A stretch of 64,000 nucleotides of DNA from a virus (IMGVR_UViG_3300037418_000775:28636-92635); one strand, 5' to 3'; shown: positions 26,549-36,268, counted from the stretch's first letter. Numbers and translations are program-made. Notes: generated by a model not told the origin, from the letters alone.

Positions 26549-28310
26549 AGGAGCCACCACCACGAAGGTCGCACACGTCAAGCGGCTTCGATGCCTCGAA
26601 GTCCGTCATTTCCTTGACGACTGCCTCCGCGTCTTTCACGTCAAACGGTACTGCCAGCGCAGGCGATGGTTCTTTCTCCTCACCCTTCTCCTCGAAGATT
26701 TGCCCGAGGTGCTTCAGGGCCGTGTGATACTTCACCGGGGTGAGCGGCTGTCCGCCGCGACTTCCGTCCGGGTAGCAAGTGATACCACGGAGTTTCGGCA
26801 GATACTTGAGGAGCATATTGCCGAAATCCTTAACCAGGCTCTCGTTATTCGCCTCGCTCCCCCAAGCCGGGAGATTGATGGTGGACGAGATACCATGGTC
26901 AACGTACTGCTGAACCCAGGCCTGAAATGCCACGCGGCGTTCAGGGCTGATGCTGTAGGCGTCCTCGATGTTATCGGGATTGACCCCCTGGTCTACCAGG
27001 TTCCGAACCACCGGATCGATGTTGTACTGATAATGCCAGGTCTTGTGCTTCAGGTAGCGGCGTTTATACGCCGCACAGAAGATGGGTTCGATCCCGGTAG
27101 TAGTCTCTGCCAGAATCCCAATGGTCCCTGTAGGGGCGATGGCACGGGTCTTGACCGGACGGCTGATACCCAGACGGTCGGCCCATATCCATGCGACGAA
27201 CGTAGAGCCACCGTAAATCTCCAGATACTTGCCGAGTTCAACGTCGGGTCCGTACTTCTTACCACGGGCGATGAGCCACTCGTGCAGGCCCATCACACCC
27301 AAGCCAAGGCGACGGTTCTTCTCCCTGACCTGGTAGACTTTATCGTAGGGCAGGTCCGAGTACAACGTACCCGCGAGCAAGAAGATCGTGGCCAGTTCGG
27401 TCACCTTCTGCATCTCATCCAGGGAGTCAATGCGAGCAAGGTTAATGGAGCCGAGGTTGCATACGTCGCTGTCATCAGCCGAGGTTACCTCGGTGCAGGC
27501 GTTGCGAAGGTCTTCTCCGGCGTTGGGACCTACATCAATCGAAAATCCGGGTTCGCCCGTCTTGAGCATACGCTCGACGGCGGCCCAGTACACCGACTGA
27601 GCATGAGCGTTCTTGGTGTGAGTGGTGTCATGGTAGGCATCGAAGAACTCGTCATCCAGCGCCGTAGAGATGTTGGTCATATCCATCGGGGCCGGGAAGT
27701 TGAAGTTCTTGGCTTTTAGATCGCGGACTTCTTTGTCCCAATCCTTGAGCCGGATGAACTTGTGCTGGTCTGCGTGGCTCCAGCGCAGGCCTGCCCAGAT
27801 TGCGGAACGGCGTGAGCCACCCTGCATGATGAAGCGACCATCCTCGTTCACCATGTTCATCAGCGCAATCGGGCCCGTAGAGAACCCGCCCTTGCGTTTC
27901 AGCGGAGCACCCTCAGGGCGCAGACGGCTGTAGTTAACACCGATACCGCCACCCGACATAAGGGCTGACACAGCCCGGTGCGTAAGGTTGGCCCACTCCT
28001 CGCTACTGCACTCTTCGGTGCGGAGCAGGAAGCAGTTATTGACTTGGTGCCACTCACGGCCCGCTGAGGCCAGGTAGCGCCCTCCCGGGAGGAACTTGCG
28101 ATGGTAAATCAGGTCGGCTATCTGATCGATGAGATCGTCTACTACCGTGTCAGGCAGGCGGCCTCGTAGAACTCCGAGTACTGCCGTGGGTACTCGTCGT
28201 GATATCTCTGCCCAGGTCTCTTTACGAGTACCGAGGTCCCAACTGTATTTCTGAAGGCGGACATCCTCTGCGAAGGGTCCGAATACATCCGTGTGAATTT
28301 GTCTACTCCG
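26538..28310 (-). CDS. Ribonucleotide reductase, monomeric class II (adenosylcobalamin-type)-like
   Basis: Motifs NNCFLL, GGGIGVNYSRLRP, NACTEV (N-x-C-x-E thiyl Cys), CNLGSINL, TTGIEP, and a C-terminal Cys pair CDLRGGGSC. The frame is open from the TAA at 28311-28313 with no ATG, GTG or TTG in the first 105 codons; the track ORF begins at the internal GTG at 27971. Confidence 0.8.
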   Translation of the reverse strand, partial: RSRQIHTDVFGPFAEDVRLQKYSWDLGTRKETWAEISRRVPTAVLGVLRGRLPDTVVDDLIDQIADLIYHRKFLPGGRYLASAGREWHQVNNCFLLRTEECSSEEWANLTHRAVSALMSGGGIGVNYSRLRPEGAPLKRKGGFSTGPIALMNMVNEDGRFIMQGGSRRSAIWAGLRWSHADQHKFIRLKDWDKEVRDLKAKNFNFPAPMDMTNISTALDDEFFDAYHDTTHTKNAHAQSVYWAAVERMLKTGEPGFSIDVGPNAGEDLRNACTEVTSADDSDVCNLGSINLARIDSLDEMQKVTELATIFLLAGTLYSDLPYDKVYQVREKNRRLGLGVMGLHEWLIARGKKYGPDVELGKYLEIYGGSTFVAWIWADRLGISRPVKTRAIAPTGTIGILAETTTGIEPIFCAAYKRRYLKHKTWHYQYNIDPVVRNLVDQGVNPDNIEDAYSISPERRVAFQAWVQQYVDHGISSTINLPAWGSEANNESLVKDFGNMLLKYLPKLRGITCYPDGSRGGQPLTPVKYHTALKHLGQIFEEKGEEKEPSPALAVPFDVKDAEAVVKEMTDFEASKPLDVCDLRGGGSCGV

Positions 28311-28422
28311 TTAGTGTGAAATTGCTATTCTGATCTACGAGGCCAGCGGCTGGCTACTCTGATGCAGTAGAGTAGAGCGGCGGTGCAAACGACCGCCGCA
28401 AAGTATCCACTCACGTCCAGCA

Positions 28423-29040
28423 CTAGATATCTACCTCTACTGGACCTGCTTCTTCGGCCTCTACGTGGGCCTCCATCTGCCGCTTCATGCGGTCAGGATG
28501 GACGATATAGTTCTTAGTGTCGGCACCTTTGTCGGTGAAAAGGACGCCGTTGTCGTGGTCGAGTTCATGCTGAATGACCCGGTAGAGTTGCGGGTAGTAG
28601 CCCGAGTTATGAAGGTCCTGGTTGTGGTAGAACTTCAGACGCCATTCCTTCCCGGTCTGCGCGTCGTAGGCTACGACCCGAATCCAGGCATAGCGAGCAA
28701 CATCTGCCGTCACACCCGCATGGGACATACATCCTTCCGGCCCCCATATCTTCTCCTCGCTGTGCTCCACAATACGAGCGTTGACCATCGGCACCCACTC
28801 GTTATTGTGTTTGACGATGAAGATGCGCCTGTTGACACCGATCTGGCTGGCGGCTAAGCCAGCGCAGTTCGGCATGGTGTTGGCATACCCGACAAGCGCC
28901 TGGATGATCTCCTGCGTCTTGAGCGAGGTGGGGTCACCAACGGTTTTCGAGACAACGTGAAGACGCGGGTCTTCCGGGTCTTCCAAAATGCGATATTTAG
29001 AAGTGATGTGTGGATTAAGGTATCTACTGTTGTCAAACAT
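28423..29040 (-). CDS. def: Peptide deformylase
   Basis: All three PDF motifs are present: GLAASQIG, EGCMSH and QHELDH. Confidence 0.85.
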   Translation of the reverse strand: MFDNSRYLNPHITSKYRILEDPEDPRLHVVSKTVGDPTSLKTQEIIQALVGYANTMPNCAGLAASQIGVNRRIFIVKHNNEWVPMVNARIVEHSEEKIWGPEGCMSHAGVTADVARYAWIRVVAYDAQTGKEWRLKFYHNQDLHNSGYYPQLYRVIQHELDHDNGVLFTDKGADTKNYIVHPDRMKRQMEAHVEAEEAGPVEVDI

Positions 29041-29617
29041 TTACAGTACGCTCCAAGTAGTCTATTGCGGAGAGTATTGCTGGAACCGACTCCCTAAAGA
29101 ATCCGATGCCACAGTTGCATTGATGGCATAGTAGTCCTCTGACGAGGCCAGTCTTGTGGTTGTGGTCTACGAAGAGTTTATCGGACTTCTCTCCGCAAAT
29201 GGCACACTCCCCCTCCTGAGCCCTCTCCATGGCTTCATACTGTTCTGGCGTAATGCTATATGCAGTAGTGAGGTTACGCTGCCGAATGAACTCTGAGTAA
29301 CAGTCAAGGCACCTTCGCCGTGCCTTGAACCTGCGAACCCGTGAGGGCTTGAAGCCTGACAGTTCCTTTTCTAGTCCACATCGGATACAAGTCTCGGTAG
29401 TGATAGAGGACTTCTTGACGGCCCGTATCTCCACGTTTGCCGAGTTACGGCAGGATTTACAGCGGGATTGGTATCCGTCCCCGTGATCTGTCGGGGAGAA
29501 CTCCGAAACTAGTTTTACCTGACGGCACTTAGAGCAGGCCTTAGTCGGGGTCAATTCACGCTCATTTCGTAATCGAATTGTGAGTTGACCATGGCGACGA
29601 CGGCTTTGCGAAACCAT
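29033..29617 (-). CDS. Endonuclease VII-family (HNH-like) nuclease with N-terminal zinc fingers
   Basis: C-terminal CAICG...LFVDHNHKTGLVRGLLCHQCN matches the T4 Endo VII signature; three CxxC pairs lie N-terminal. Confidence 0.6.
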   Translation of the reverse strand: MVSQSRRRHGQLTIRLRNERELTPTKACSKCRQVKLVSEFSPTDHGDGYQSRCKSCRNSANVEIRAVKKSSITTETCIRCGLEKELSGFKPSRVRRFKARRRCLDCYSEFIRQRNLTTAYSITPEQYEAMERAQEGECAICGEKSDKLFVDHNHKTGLVRGLLCHQCNCGIGFFRESVPAILSAIDYLERTVNV

Positions 29618-29778
29618 CCTCTGTCATGGTAGCACGTATTGCAAACGAACGTCAGCGACTCTTCTCGAAACGTCGGGTCTTTCGTCACGTCGTCCGGGCT
29701 ATCAGTACCACCGAGATAGTACTTGCCACAGCCTTCGCATTGAACCGCGATACCGAGTGCTTCAAGGGTTACTTCCAT
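29551..29778 (-). CDS. Hypothetical small Cys-rich protein
   Basis: 75 aa (CEGCG...CNTC); overlaps the 5-prime end of the Endo VII ORF in another frame, so one of the two starts may be mis-set. Confidence 0.3.
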   Translation of the reverse strand: MEVTLEALGIAVQCEGCGKYYLGGTDSPDDVTKDPTFREESLTFVCNTCYHDRGWFRKAVVAMVNSQFDYEMSVN

Positions 29779-29793
29779 GTCTTTCTTTCTCCG

Positions 29794-30039
29794 TTAGGAC
29801 GCGGCGACCGCGTACTCCACGCGGCCTTCCGCTACTGCGTCATCTATGATCTTGTCTAGATCAACCGGGGCGACATCGCTCTCCAGTTGGGCCAGCCGCT
29901 TTAAGATCGTCGTGGCGACGAACTTAGCGTCCTCTCTGTTAAGTTCGATACTTGTTGTCCCATCCCGAATATCAATCCGAGTATACTCGGTTCCACCCTT
30001 GCTATTCGAATCTACCTTAGTTATCTTGACTATTGCCAT
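29794..30039 (-). CDS. Hypothetical protein
   Basis: 81-aa ORF in the leftward operon. Confidence 0.45.
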   Translation of the reverse strand: MAIVKITKVDSNSKGGTEYTRIDIRDGTTSIELNREDAKFVATTILKRLAQLESDVAPVDLDKIIDDAVAEGRVEYAVAAS

Positions 30040-32063
30040 TAGACCAACTCCAATGCTACGTCTACCGGGTCAGGCGGTGGGATTTCAGTCTCGCCCCACC
30101 GTTCCGGGTAGACTTCTGCCGAAGTCTTCATCGGGATTCCCGGAAACTCCAGGCAATGTTCCATGATGTAACTTAACTCCTCGGGCAGATCAGTATAATC
30201 CCATTCGTCTGCCCAGGCACGAAACAGGATTTCGTCGTGAATCCCGGTAAGCACCCGGGTCTTATATCCGTGGGCTTTCAGGTGCCGATCACAGAGCACA
30301 ATGGCCAGTTTAATCTGATCCGCTGCCGTTCCCTGAATCGGGGTATTCGCGCAAAGACGGTCAAGCGCGGACTCAGCCTGTGGCGTCATCCCCGGGAGAT
30401 ACCGTGCAGGGCGGCGACGACCGAGAACGGTCTGGACGTAGCCGTGCTTCTTGGCAAACTCCTTGGCCTGGTCTGCTAACTTCTTAAGACCAGGGAACCG
30501 TTTGAAGAAGTCTGTGATGAAGGCCTTCGCTCGCTCTACCGAACACTCGAAGATTTCAGCCATCTTGAACTCGGATGCCCCATAGGACAGCGCAAGCACA
30601 GCGGCCTTACCCTTATCGCGTTCTTTCTTCTTCGGACCTGTCTTGGTATAGTCAGCCGACACGCCGCCGTAGAACACAGCGGCAGTCTCCGAATAGATAT
30701 CCCCTCCGGTGTTGACAATCTCCTTAAGGAGAAGGTCACCAGAGAGGGCGGCCTGAATCCGCAGTTCCTGACCTGAGAAGTCTTTGCTGACCAGGTAGTA
30801 ACCAGGGCCCGCCATGAAGGCTCGCCGGATGGTGTTGCCCGTCCGGGCAGGCATCTGCAGAATGTTCGGGTCACTACAACTCGTCCGCCCCGTTTCACTC
30901 CCGATAACCCGGAAGTTGGGATGGACCTTGTAGACGACTGAGCCATCAGCCTGAACGTGCTTGACGACAAGTTCGGGGAGTGAATCCACGAACGCCGTCT
31001 TGAGTTTGTACGTGGCCCGGTAGTCAGAGAGAAGCGGGATGATGGGGTGACGGTCTTTGAGTTTGACCATCACGCCCTTATCCGTCGAGTCACCTTTGAC
31101 GCGGGGCAACCGCAAGCGGTTGAACAGCAGATCGGCTACGTCGTTCGGCTTATCCAGGTCCCCAGACCAACTATACCCGAGTGCCTTGTGGGCACAGGCA
31201 AGTACGTCAAACGCGCAGGCCCCTAAGTCACTCTTCATCTTCGAGGCCAAGTCATTCTGCAGATAATTGAGATCGACCAGGAAGCCTTCGCGCTCCGTTT
31301 CGTAGTACACGTTCGCGACAGGCATCTCCAGTTCGTGCATCAACTTGTGCAACTCTGGGGCCTTCTTCAATTCGCGTTCGGTGTACTCGTACCACTTCCA
31401 ATGTAACTCGGCATCGTGAAGGGCGTAGTACGCGGCAACCTGTGGGTCAATTACTGTCCAATCGGTTTTGCCGAACTGCTCGGCATACGATGACCCGGTA
31501 GTACCAAGGTACTTCTCACAGAGTGGCTTGAGGCCTTTCTCGGGCTCATCCGGGGAGAGCAGCCAGACGGCGATACTGCCATCGTAGGACATCTCTCCGC
31601 AGGGCACCCCGGCCTGCTCCTCTAAGAAGTGGTAGTCGAAAGCAACATTAAAGCCGATGCGTTCGACGTTCGGGTCCGAGAAATACGGGCCCAGAACGTC
31701 TTTGAACTCCCGGTATGAAATCTGAGGGAGTAACGGGTGACGGAAGTTTACCAGGTAGGCCGTGCCACCCACGTAGAGCGAGAGGCATGATAACTTGTCA
31801 CCCCAGGGATTCAGTCCACTCGTTTCCGTGTCAAAAGCGAACTTTCTATGTTTGGAGATATCTCGTGCTACCCTGCCAAGATCACGGACATCCTGGCAGA
31901 TGACATAATTGGACGGCCACTTCAGCGCGGCTTTGGCTTCCGCAATGCTGTCGGCAATCTTCTTGTTCGTGCGCGTTCGGGTCTTGAGGCGCACACCTCC
32001 TCGAACGGGTTTAGCCGGAAGCACTACTCCGGGGAGTAGCGGCTTCGCATCTACTGTAGTCAA
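30039..32063 (-). CDS. Family A DNA polymerase (Pol I-like) with 3-5 exonuclease domain
   Basis: Exo I motif FDTETSGL; polymerase motif A DFSGQELR; motif B KAAVLALSYGAS; motif C GIHDEILF. Confidence 0.9.
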   Translation of the reverse strand: MTTVDAKPLLPGVVLPAKPVRGGVRLKTRTRTNKKIADSIAEAKAALKWPSNYVICQDVRDLGRVARDISKHRKFAFDTETSGLNPWGDKLSCLSLYVGGTAYLVNFRHPLLPQISYREFKDVLGPYFSDPNVERIGFNVAFDYHFLEEQAGVPCGEMSYDGSIAVWLLSPDEPEKGLKPLCEKYLGTTGSSYAEQFGKTDWTVIDPQVAAYYALHDAELHWKWYEYTERELKKAPELHKLMHELEMPVANVYYETEREGFLVDLNYLQNDLASKMKSDLGACAFDVLACAHKALGYSWSGDLDKPNDVADLLFNRLRLPRVKGDSTDKGVMVKLKDRHPIIPLLSDYRATYKLKTAFVDSLPELVVKHVQADGSVVYKVHPNFRVIGSETGRTSCSDPNILQMPARTGNTIRRAFMAGPGYYLVSKDFSGQELRIQAALSGDLLLKEIVNTGGDIYSETAAVFYGGVSADYTKTGPKKKERDKGKAAVLALSYGASEFKMAEIFECSVERAKAFITDFFKRFPGLKKLADQAKEFAKKHGYVQTVLGRRRPARYLPGMTPQAESALDRLCANTPIQGTAADQIKLAIVLCDRHLKAHGYKTRVLTGIHDEILFRAWADEWDYTDLPEELSYIMEHCLEFPGIPMKTSAEVYPERWGETEIPPPDPVDVALELV

Positions 32064-32078
32064 CGTGCATCCTTGCTG

Positions 32079-32435
32079 TTAGACTTCCGTGATATTCCAT
32101 CCACCCCCGTCTTTCTTCGGTTTGGCTTTGATGAGATAGAACCGAAAGGGGTACATATCAGCCGCGACTTTGAGTTTTACGCGGGCGTCGTCTTGCATGA
32201 AGCCTTTGGTTTCATGCGCCTCCAATTCACCGTTTTTCAACATGACGAAGAAGTCCGGGGTATAGAACGTGTTGTCAGCCAAGCGAAGTTTTATTCCTTC
32301 AAACTTGTACCAGGCCACCTCCCCACGCTCTTTACGATCCTGGAGGTATTTGTCGTAGGCTGCCTCAAGTTTGTTCATCTCGCCTGTCTTGAGGCGGCCT
32401 AACGCATAGAACTTCTTCCTGCCGAACCGTGGCAT
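32079..32435 (-). CDS. Hypothetical protein (possible PD-(D/E)xK or VRR-NUC-like nuclease)
   Basis: 118 aa; the D..E.K-like pattern (YTPDF...EAHETKG) is weak. Confidence 0.35.
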   Translation of the reverse strand: MPRFGRKKFYALGRLKTGEMNKLEAAYDKYLQDRKERGEVAWYKFEGIKLRLADNTFYTPDFFVMLKNGELEAHETKGFMQDDARVKLKVAADMYPFRFYLIKAKPKKDGGGWNITEV

Positions 32436-33261
32436 CTAGCGACGGAAACTAAAGGAACTCGTCCCCATCGTCTGAGCGACAGAGGCAGGGACATCGCCCC
32501 GCGCTTCCTCTACAGCCGCATCAATGCGGCTTTCCATGGCCTCTGCAACAGCGGCGTCAGCGGCTGTGGCTTCGCGGTCACGGCGGGCCAATTCCCACTG
32601 TGCCAGTTTGAACGGATTGGGACCGGATGCCCATTTCTGTACGACCTCAATCGGTAACTCCGACCAGGCCTTGCCCTCATACGGACTTCCAGCCTTCTTG
32701 ATCTTCGCCTGTCCGGTCCAGTCTGAGCCGTCGTCAGCGAAGGGCTTGCGGGCACCACCACCCGAGTAGGAGCCACGACCACCACCCGAGGACGGAGAGT
32801 AGCCACGACCAGAGAAGGTCGAACCTCCCGACGCCGCAGGTTTAGAAGCCGCCGCAGGCGGGGACGAAAGCGGACGTGAGGCTGTTTCCTCCGTCACTTT
32901 CTTGGCATACATCGAATGGCCCATGTGCAGGCCGCGAAGCAGGGCCTGTCGCCGTGCCATGGTCAGTAGGCCTGCGAAACTCATCTCCTGTCCAGGGCGA
33001 GCCTCGGCGTAGCCGCAGACCTCGGCAAAGAACGGCCCACCGCTCGGGTCAGCAACCGCAATCGTGTAGGACACGTAGGGGCGACCGTCCGGGTAGAAAC
33101 CTTCGCGAGACTTCTCGCGGTAACCGTTGGGGAACAACTCGTGGAGGGCCTGATAAATGGCCTGTGCGGGTACATCTGTGAACCCGTCTGCATCCTTGGG
33201 GAAATCGCCTTCCTTGAAGATATCCACCAAGTTTGAAAAGTTAAGTGTATTCTGTTCTTCC
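32436..33261 (-). CDS. Putative ssDNA-binding/annealing protein with Gly/Ser-rich low-complexity linker
   Basis: Start reassigned to ATG 33261 (MEEQNTL), with AGAGG RBS and a promoter immediately upstream; Gly/Ser/Arg-rich segment followed by FADDGSDW, reminiscent of SSB tails. Confidence 0.4.
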
Positions 33262-33277
33262 ATGAAACCTCTATAAT

Positions 33278-33306
33278 CTATTGTACTACCAGGATTGGTC
33301 GTGGTC
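33278..33306 (-). promoter_or_regulatory. Leftward promoter TTGACC-N17-TACAAT with TGG extended -10
   Basis: Plus-strand ggtcaa at 33301-33306 and attgta at 33278-33283; it lies inside the track ORF 5-prime extension, which supports the shorter start above. Confidence 0.45.
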
Positions 33307-33347
33307 AAGTCGAACGCTTGTTCGAGGTTCAAACCTACCTACTTAGG

Positions 33348-33376
33348 TATTGACATATCAAACATTTACGTCTATT
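33348..33376 (+). promoter_or_regulatory. Rightward promoter TTGACA-N17-TATTCT, divergent from the previous one
   Basis: Back-to-back -35 elements 41 bp apart; AAAGGA RBS precedes ATG 33404. Confidence 0.45.
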
Positions 33377-33403
33377 CTTGGGTTAGTCCCAACAGAAAGG
33401 ATA

Positions 33404-33855
33404 ATATGCCTGTAGTGCCTGGAATCATCTACCGGGCGAACATTGAGGACGGCGAGAGCGTCTTCTATCGGGAATTGATGGAAACTATCGCTCCGATCAA
33501 CGCTGTGCGCGAGGCCTCCGGTGAAGCCCCGCTAACGTATCGGCAAGTAGTGACTGAAGGATTGGGACTGCCGGATTCATTCACAGGGAAGATCAAAAGC
33601 GGTAAATACGTCCCGACAAAAGACAAACTCGAAGCCTGTGCCGCGTTCTTAGGCGTAAGGCCTGAGGGGTGGGACACCTATGTTCGCCGCTACGCAAACG
33701 AACGTCTGAATGACCCTGCGGTCATCGAACTGTTCCGTCTGCTTGCATCCCTGCCCGTACCCGCCGACAGCATTGTGCTCAAGGGGGTACTTAAATGGGC
33801 GAATAAGATGGTGGGGAAAGCAAAGCCCCACCACCCTAGTTCAGCCGCCGCATAG
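33404..33855 (+). CDS. XRE-family helix-turn-helix transcriptional regulator candidate
   Basis: LTYRQVVTEGLGLPDSFTGKIKSGKYVPTKDKLEACAAFLGV resembles an HTH_3 helix-turn-helix plus recognition helix. It is a lone rightward gene inside the leftward operon block. Confidence 0.5.
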
Positions 33856-33880
33856 GAGCCTCGCAAGGGGCTCCTTTCTT
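33855..33880. terminator. Rho-independent terminator (likely bidirectional)
   Basis: Stem GGAGCC / GGCTCC followed by TTTCTT. Confidence 0.55.
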
Positions 33881-33885
33881 GTTAG

Positions 33886-34161
33886 TTAACCGCCTGCGGT
33901 CATCAGGTTGTGATGCCCTTCCGTGCCCGTGGTCGGTGCCTCGGTAGTAACTTCCGCTTCAGGAGCGGTGGTCTCGTTCTCGGCCTCGGCACCCGGCATA
34001 GCCGGGGCAGTATCGTCTTCCGTGCTGACGGTCGGGATGTCGCTCGGGAGCGAGCCATCCTCCAGCGGGGCCGCTTCCGTGCGGGTTACTGCGAAGACTG
34101 CGACCGCAACGATGAGCGCGACGAGACCCGCGATGATGGCGTGAAGGTGGGGGATATGCAA
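33886..34161 (-). CDS. Small membrane protein with acidic Thr/Glu/Ala-rich tail
   Basis: N-terminal transmembrane helix; low-complexity C-terminus. Confidence 0.4.
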   Translation of the reverse strand: MHIPHLHAIIAGLVALIVAVAVFAVTRTEAAPLEDGSLPSDIPTVSTEDDTAPAMPGAEAENETTAPEAEVTTEAPTTGTEGHHNLMTAGG

Positions 34162-34188
34162 AGTTCTGTCCTTGTCCTTTTCTGTTAG

Positions 34189-34461
34189 TTAGTAATCGGT
34201 GACTCCCGGAACCGTCCGGGCAGGTTGGCGACCCTCGTCGCTACTCAGCATCTTCGCCACGGGTTGATCCGGGAGCGACTCTGCTGACGTGGTAGTAAGG
34301 CTGACCGCCTTGTGTGCTCTCGCGGTATTCCGCAGAGCCTGTGCCCACCCGGGCATCGTGGTGCTGATGAATCGTTCGACGGCGGCGTCATCCGCCAGAG
34401 TCTCTGACCCGCTCAGAATCGTTCCGCTCTCATCAGAGAGAGCAAACGAAATTGATAGCAT
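34189..34461 (-). CDS. Hypothetical protein
   Basis: 90-aa ORF. Confidence 0.4.
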   Translation of the reverse strand: MLSISFALSDESGTILSGSETLADDAAVERFISTTMPGWAQALRNTARAHKAVSLTTTSAESLPDQPVAKMLSSDEGRQPARTVPGVTDY

Positions 34462-34469
34462 ACATTCTC

Positions 34470-35207
34470 CTATAAAAGCGCCAGGTCAATAGCGCCAAAG
34501 TCAGGCAGAGCCTGCTCAACCGCGATCTTCGTCGCGAGATAATGTTCAACGTCTTTCCATGATCTGGCCCGGAAGGGTGCGTTTCCCCCTGGCCAATGCA
34601 GGTCTATTTGGTTATGCGGTGCATCCATAAGGATCGTGTCTATCCCCGCCCGCTGCGCGGCGTAGACCACGCCGGGGTGGTCATCTATAACCAGGTCCGT
34701 CTTCAGCGCCTTCAGGTCTTTAAGTTTATCGCCTTTTGAGAAGATGATATCTGAAAATATGCGGGGCGGACATAATCCGTATTGCCGAAACCATTGCAGA
34801 GTGGCCTCCTGAGTCTCGGCATCTCGGGCTGTGACAGCGGTGAATAGAACCCTTGCGCGGGTCATCTTTGTAAGGGTAGAAAGTACCCCGGGACGTAGTT
34901 TATGCGACCGCAGGACATACGGATTGAGCAGGCACTCATTCCAGCACCTGGGACAGAACTTCTGCCAATAGTCCCAATGCGTCTGTACCTCATTTGATGA
35001 GGGCACGGGGTGGGTACAAAACCCCCCGACCCTACGTATCCGCATAAAGTCGCGCCACACCGTGTCGTTCTTGATCATGGTATTGTCTATATCCACCGCA
35101 ACCCGTAAGATCGGTTTCGTTGGAGGGCGGACCAGGGGCTTAGAGGCTAGACGGTTCTCCGCTCGACGTTGGCGAGCACTTATCTCACCAGGTGTTAAAA
35201 GCCCCAT
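34470..35207 (-). CDS. HAD-superfamily hydrolase, 5-prime(3-prime)-deoxyribonucleotidase-like
   Basis: Motif I VAVDIDNTM (DxDxT), and DDHP in the C-terminal part. Confidence 0.55.
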   Translation of the reverse strand: MGLLTPGEISARQRRAENRLASKPLVRPPTKPILRVAVDIDNTMIKNDTVWRDFMRIRRVGGFCTHPVPSSNEVQTHWDYWQKFCPRCWNECLLNPYVLRSHKLRPGVLSTLTKMTRARVLFTAVTARDAETQEATLQWFRQYGLCPPRIFSDIIFSKGDKLKDLKALKTDLVIDDHPGVVYAAQRAGIDTILMDAPHNQIDLHWPGGNAPFRARSWKDVEHYLATKIAVEQALPDFGAIDLALL

Positions 35208-35208
35208 C

Positions 35209-35889
35209 TTATATCTGCTTCTTTACGCGCTTGGGGGACGGTTTAGGGTTGCTGAGAATCTTGTTCATTACAAAGTTCACGTTCATCTCGAAGACCTCCA
35301 GCGAACCATCATTGCTGATGGTGTAATCGGGGATGAATGGGAGTTCTTGCTCGGAAGCATGGGCTGCGAGGCCCTTTGCTACCTTGCCATCGCGCGCTTT
35401 GATGCGCTGACGAATATGCTCCTCGGGGGCGTTGACGAGTACGTCGTAACCTCCCAGACGTTTCAACAACTTCATCTCGTTCTCGAAGCGCAGATCATCC
35501 ACTGCTACCCGGCCACCTGCCATGAGGATCGGCTTCACCTTCTTGGTGAACTTGTCGGTCCAGTAGTTTTCATCCTCACCACGACGATACTCGGTACCCC
35601 ACCATTGCATCAGCGGACGCAGCACCTTCTTGTTCTTGGTGATGAACTCGATCATGGCCGCTTCGTCCGGGTTCTTGGGGAACGCCGTCAACTCAGCAGA
35701 GAACGAGTCCACTACCTCTTGAGGGGTACCCGTGGGGAACTTGAAATAGCCCGCATCCAGCGCCGAGTAAATCTCCAGGCGCAGGGGGTCCGCAAAGGCT
35801 ACCTTGACAAATCCAAGTTTCTCCACACACAGATTCGCCGCGTGGGTCTTGCCCGCGCCAAGCGGGCCTCTGAAGGATACGAGGGCCAT
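35209..35889 (-). CDS. P-loop NTPase, putative (deoxy)nucleotide kinase
   Basis: Walker A GPLGAGKT close to the N-terminus; its size and context match dNMP-kinase-like proteins. Confidence 0.5.
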   Translation of the reverse strand: MALVSFRGPLGAGKTHAANLCVEKLGFVKVAFADPLRLEIYSALDAGYFKFPTGTPQEVVDSFSAELTAFPKNPDEAAMIEFITKNKKVLRPLMQWWGTEYRRGEDENYWTDKFTKKVKPILMAGGRVAVDDLRFENEMKLLKRLGGYDVLVNAPEEHIRQRIKARDGKVAKGLAAHASEQELPFIPDYTISNDGSLEVFEMNVNFVMNKILSNPKPSPKRVKKQI

Positions 35890-35890
35890 T

Positions 35891-36196
35891 CTACTCCTGC
35901 TCTGCTAATGCTGTTAATTTGCCGTAAACCTCAGGGGTAAGGCGGTAGAAATGCAGACGGGTAGAACGGCTGTTGTTGAAGAAGGACTCGTCATCTACCT
36001 TAACGGCATCTTGAAAGACGAGGCCATCCAGCAGGCCGAGTATAAGGCGACGGGAAATAAGCGTCTTGACGCCGCGCAAGTCGGGGCACTCCGTATAGAG
36101 CGCCAACTCAATCTCGCTGACTAGTGCGCCTCTGTGTTCACTCCGTTGAATTTCGTATATGGCTCGGACTACGGTATCTGTATTGATAACGTCCAT
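35891..36196 (-). CDS. Hypothetical protein, first gene of the leftward operon
   Basis: Probable start at ATG 36196 with AGGAAGG upstream; the alternative GTG at 36226 would make a leaderless transcript from the promoter directly upstream. Confidence 0.45.
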   Translation of the reverse strand: MDVINTDTVVRAIYEIQRSEHRGALVSEIELALYTECPDLRGVKTLISRRLILGLLDGLVFQDAVKVDDESFFNNSRSTRLHFYRLTPEVYGKLTALAEQE

Positions 36197-36232
36197 CACG
36201 TCCAGCACCTTCCTTGGTTCAGACACTATTTA

Positions 36233-36261
36233 ATACTACTGTAAATGGTAGTGGCTGTCAA
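36233..36261 (-). promoter_or_regulatory. Leftward promoter TTGACA-N17-TAGTAT
   Basis: Plus-strand tgtcaa at 36256-36261 and atacta at 36233-36238; the predicted transcription start falls at the GTG at 36226. Confidence 0.5.
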
Positions 36262-36268
36262 CACCCGC

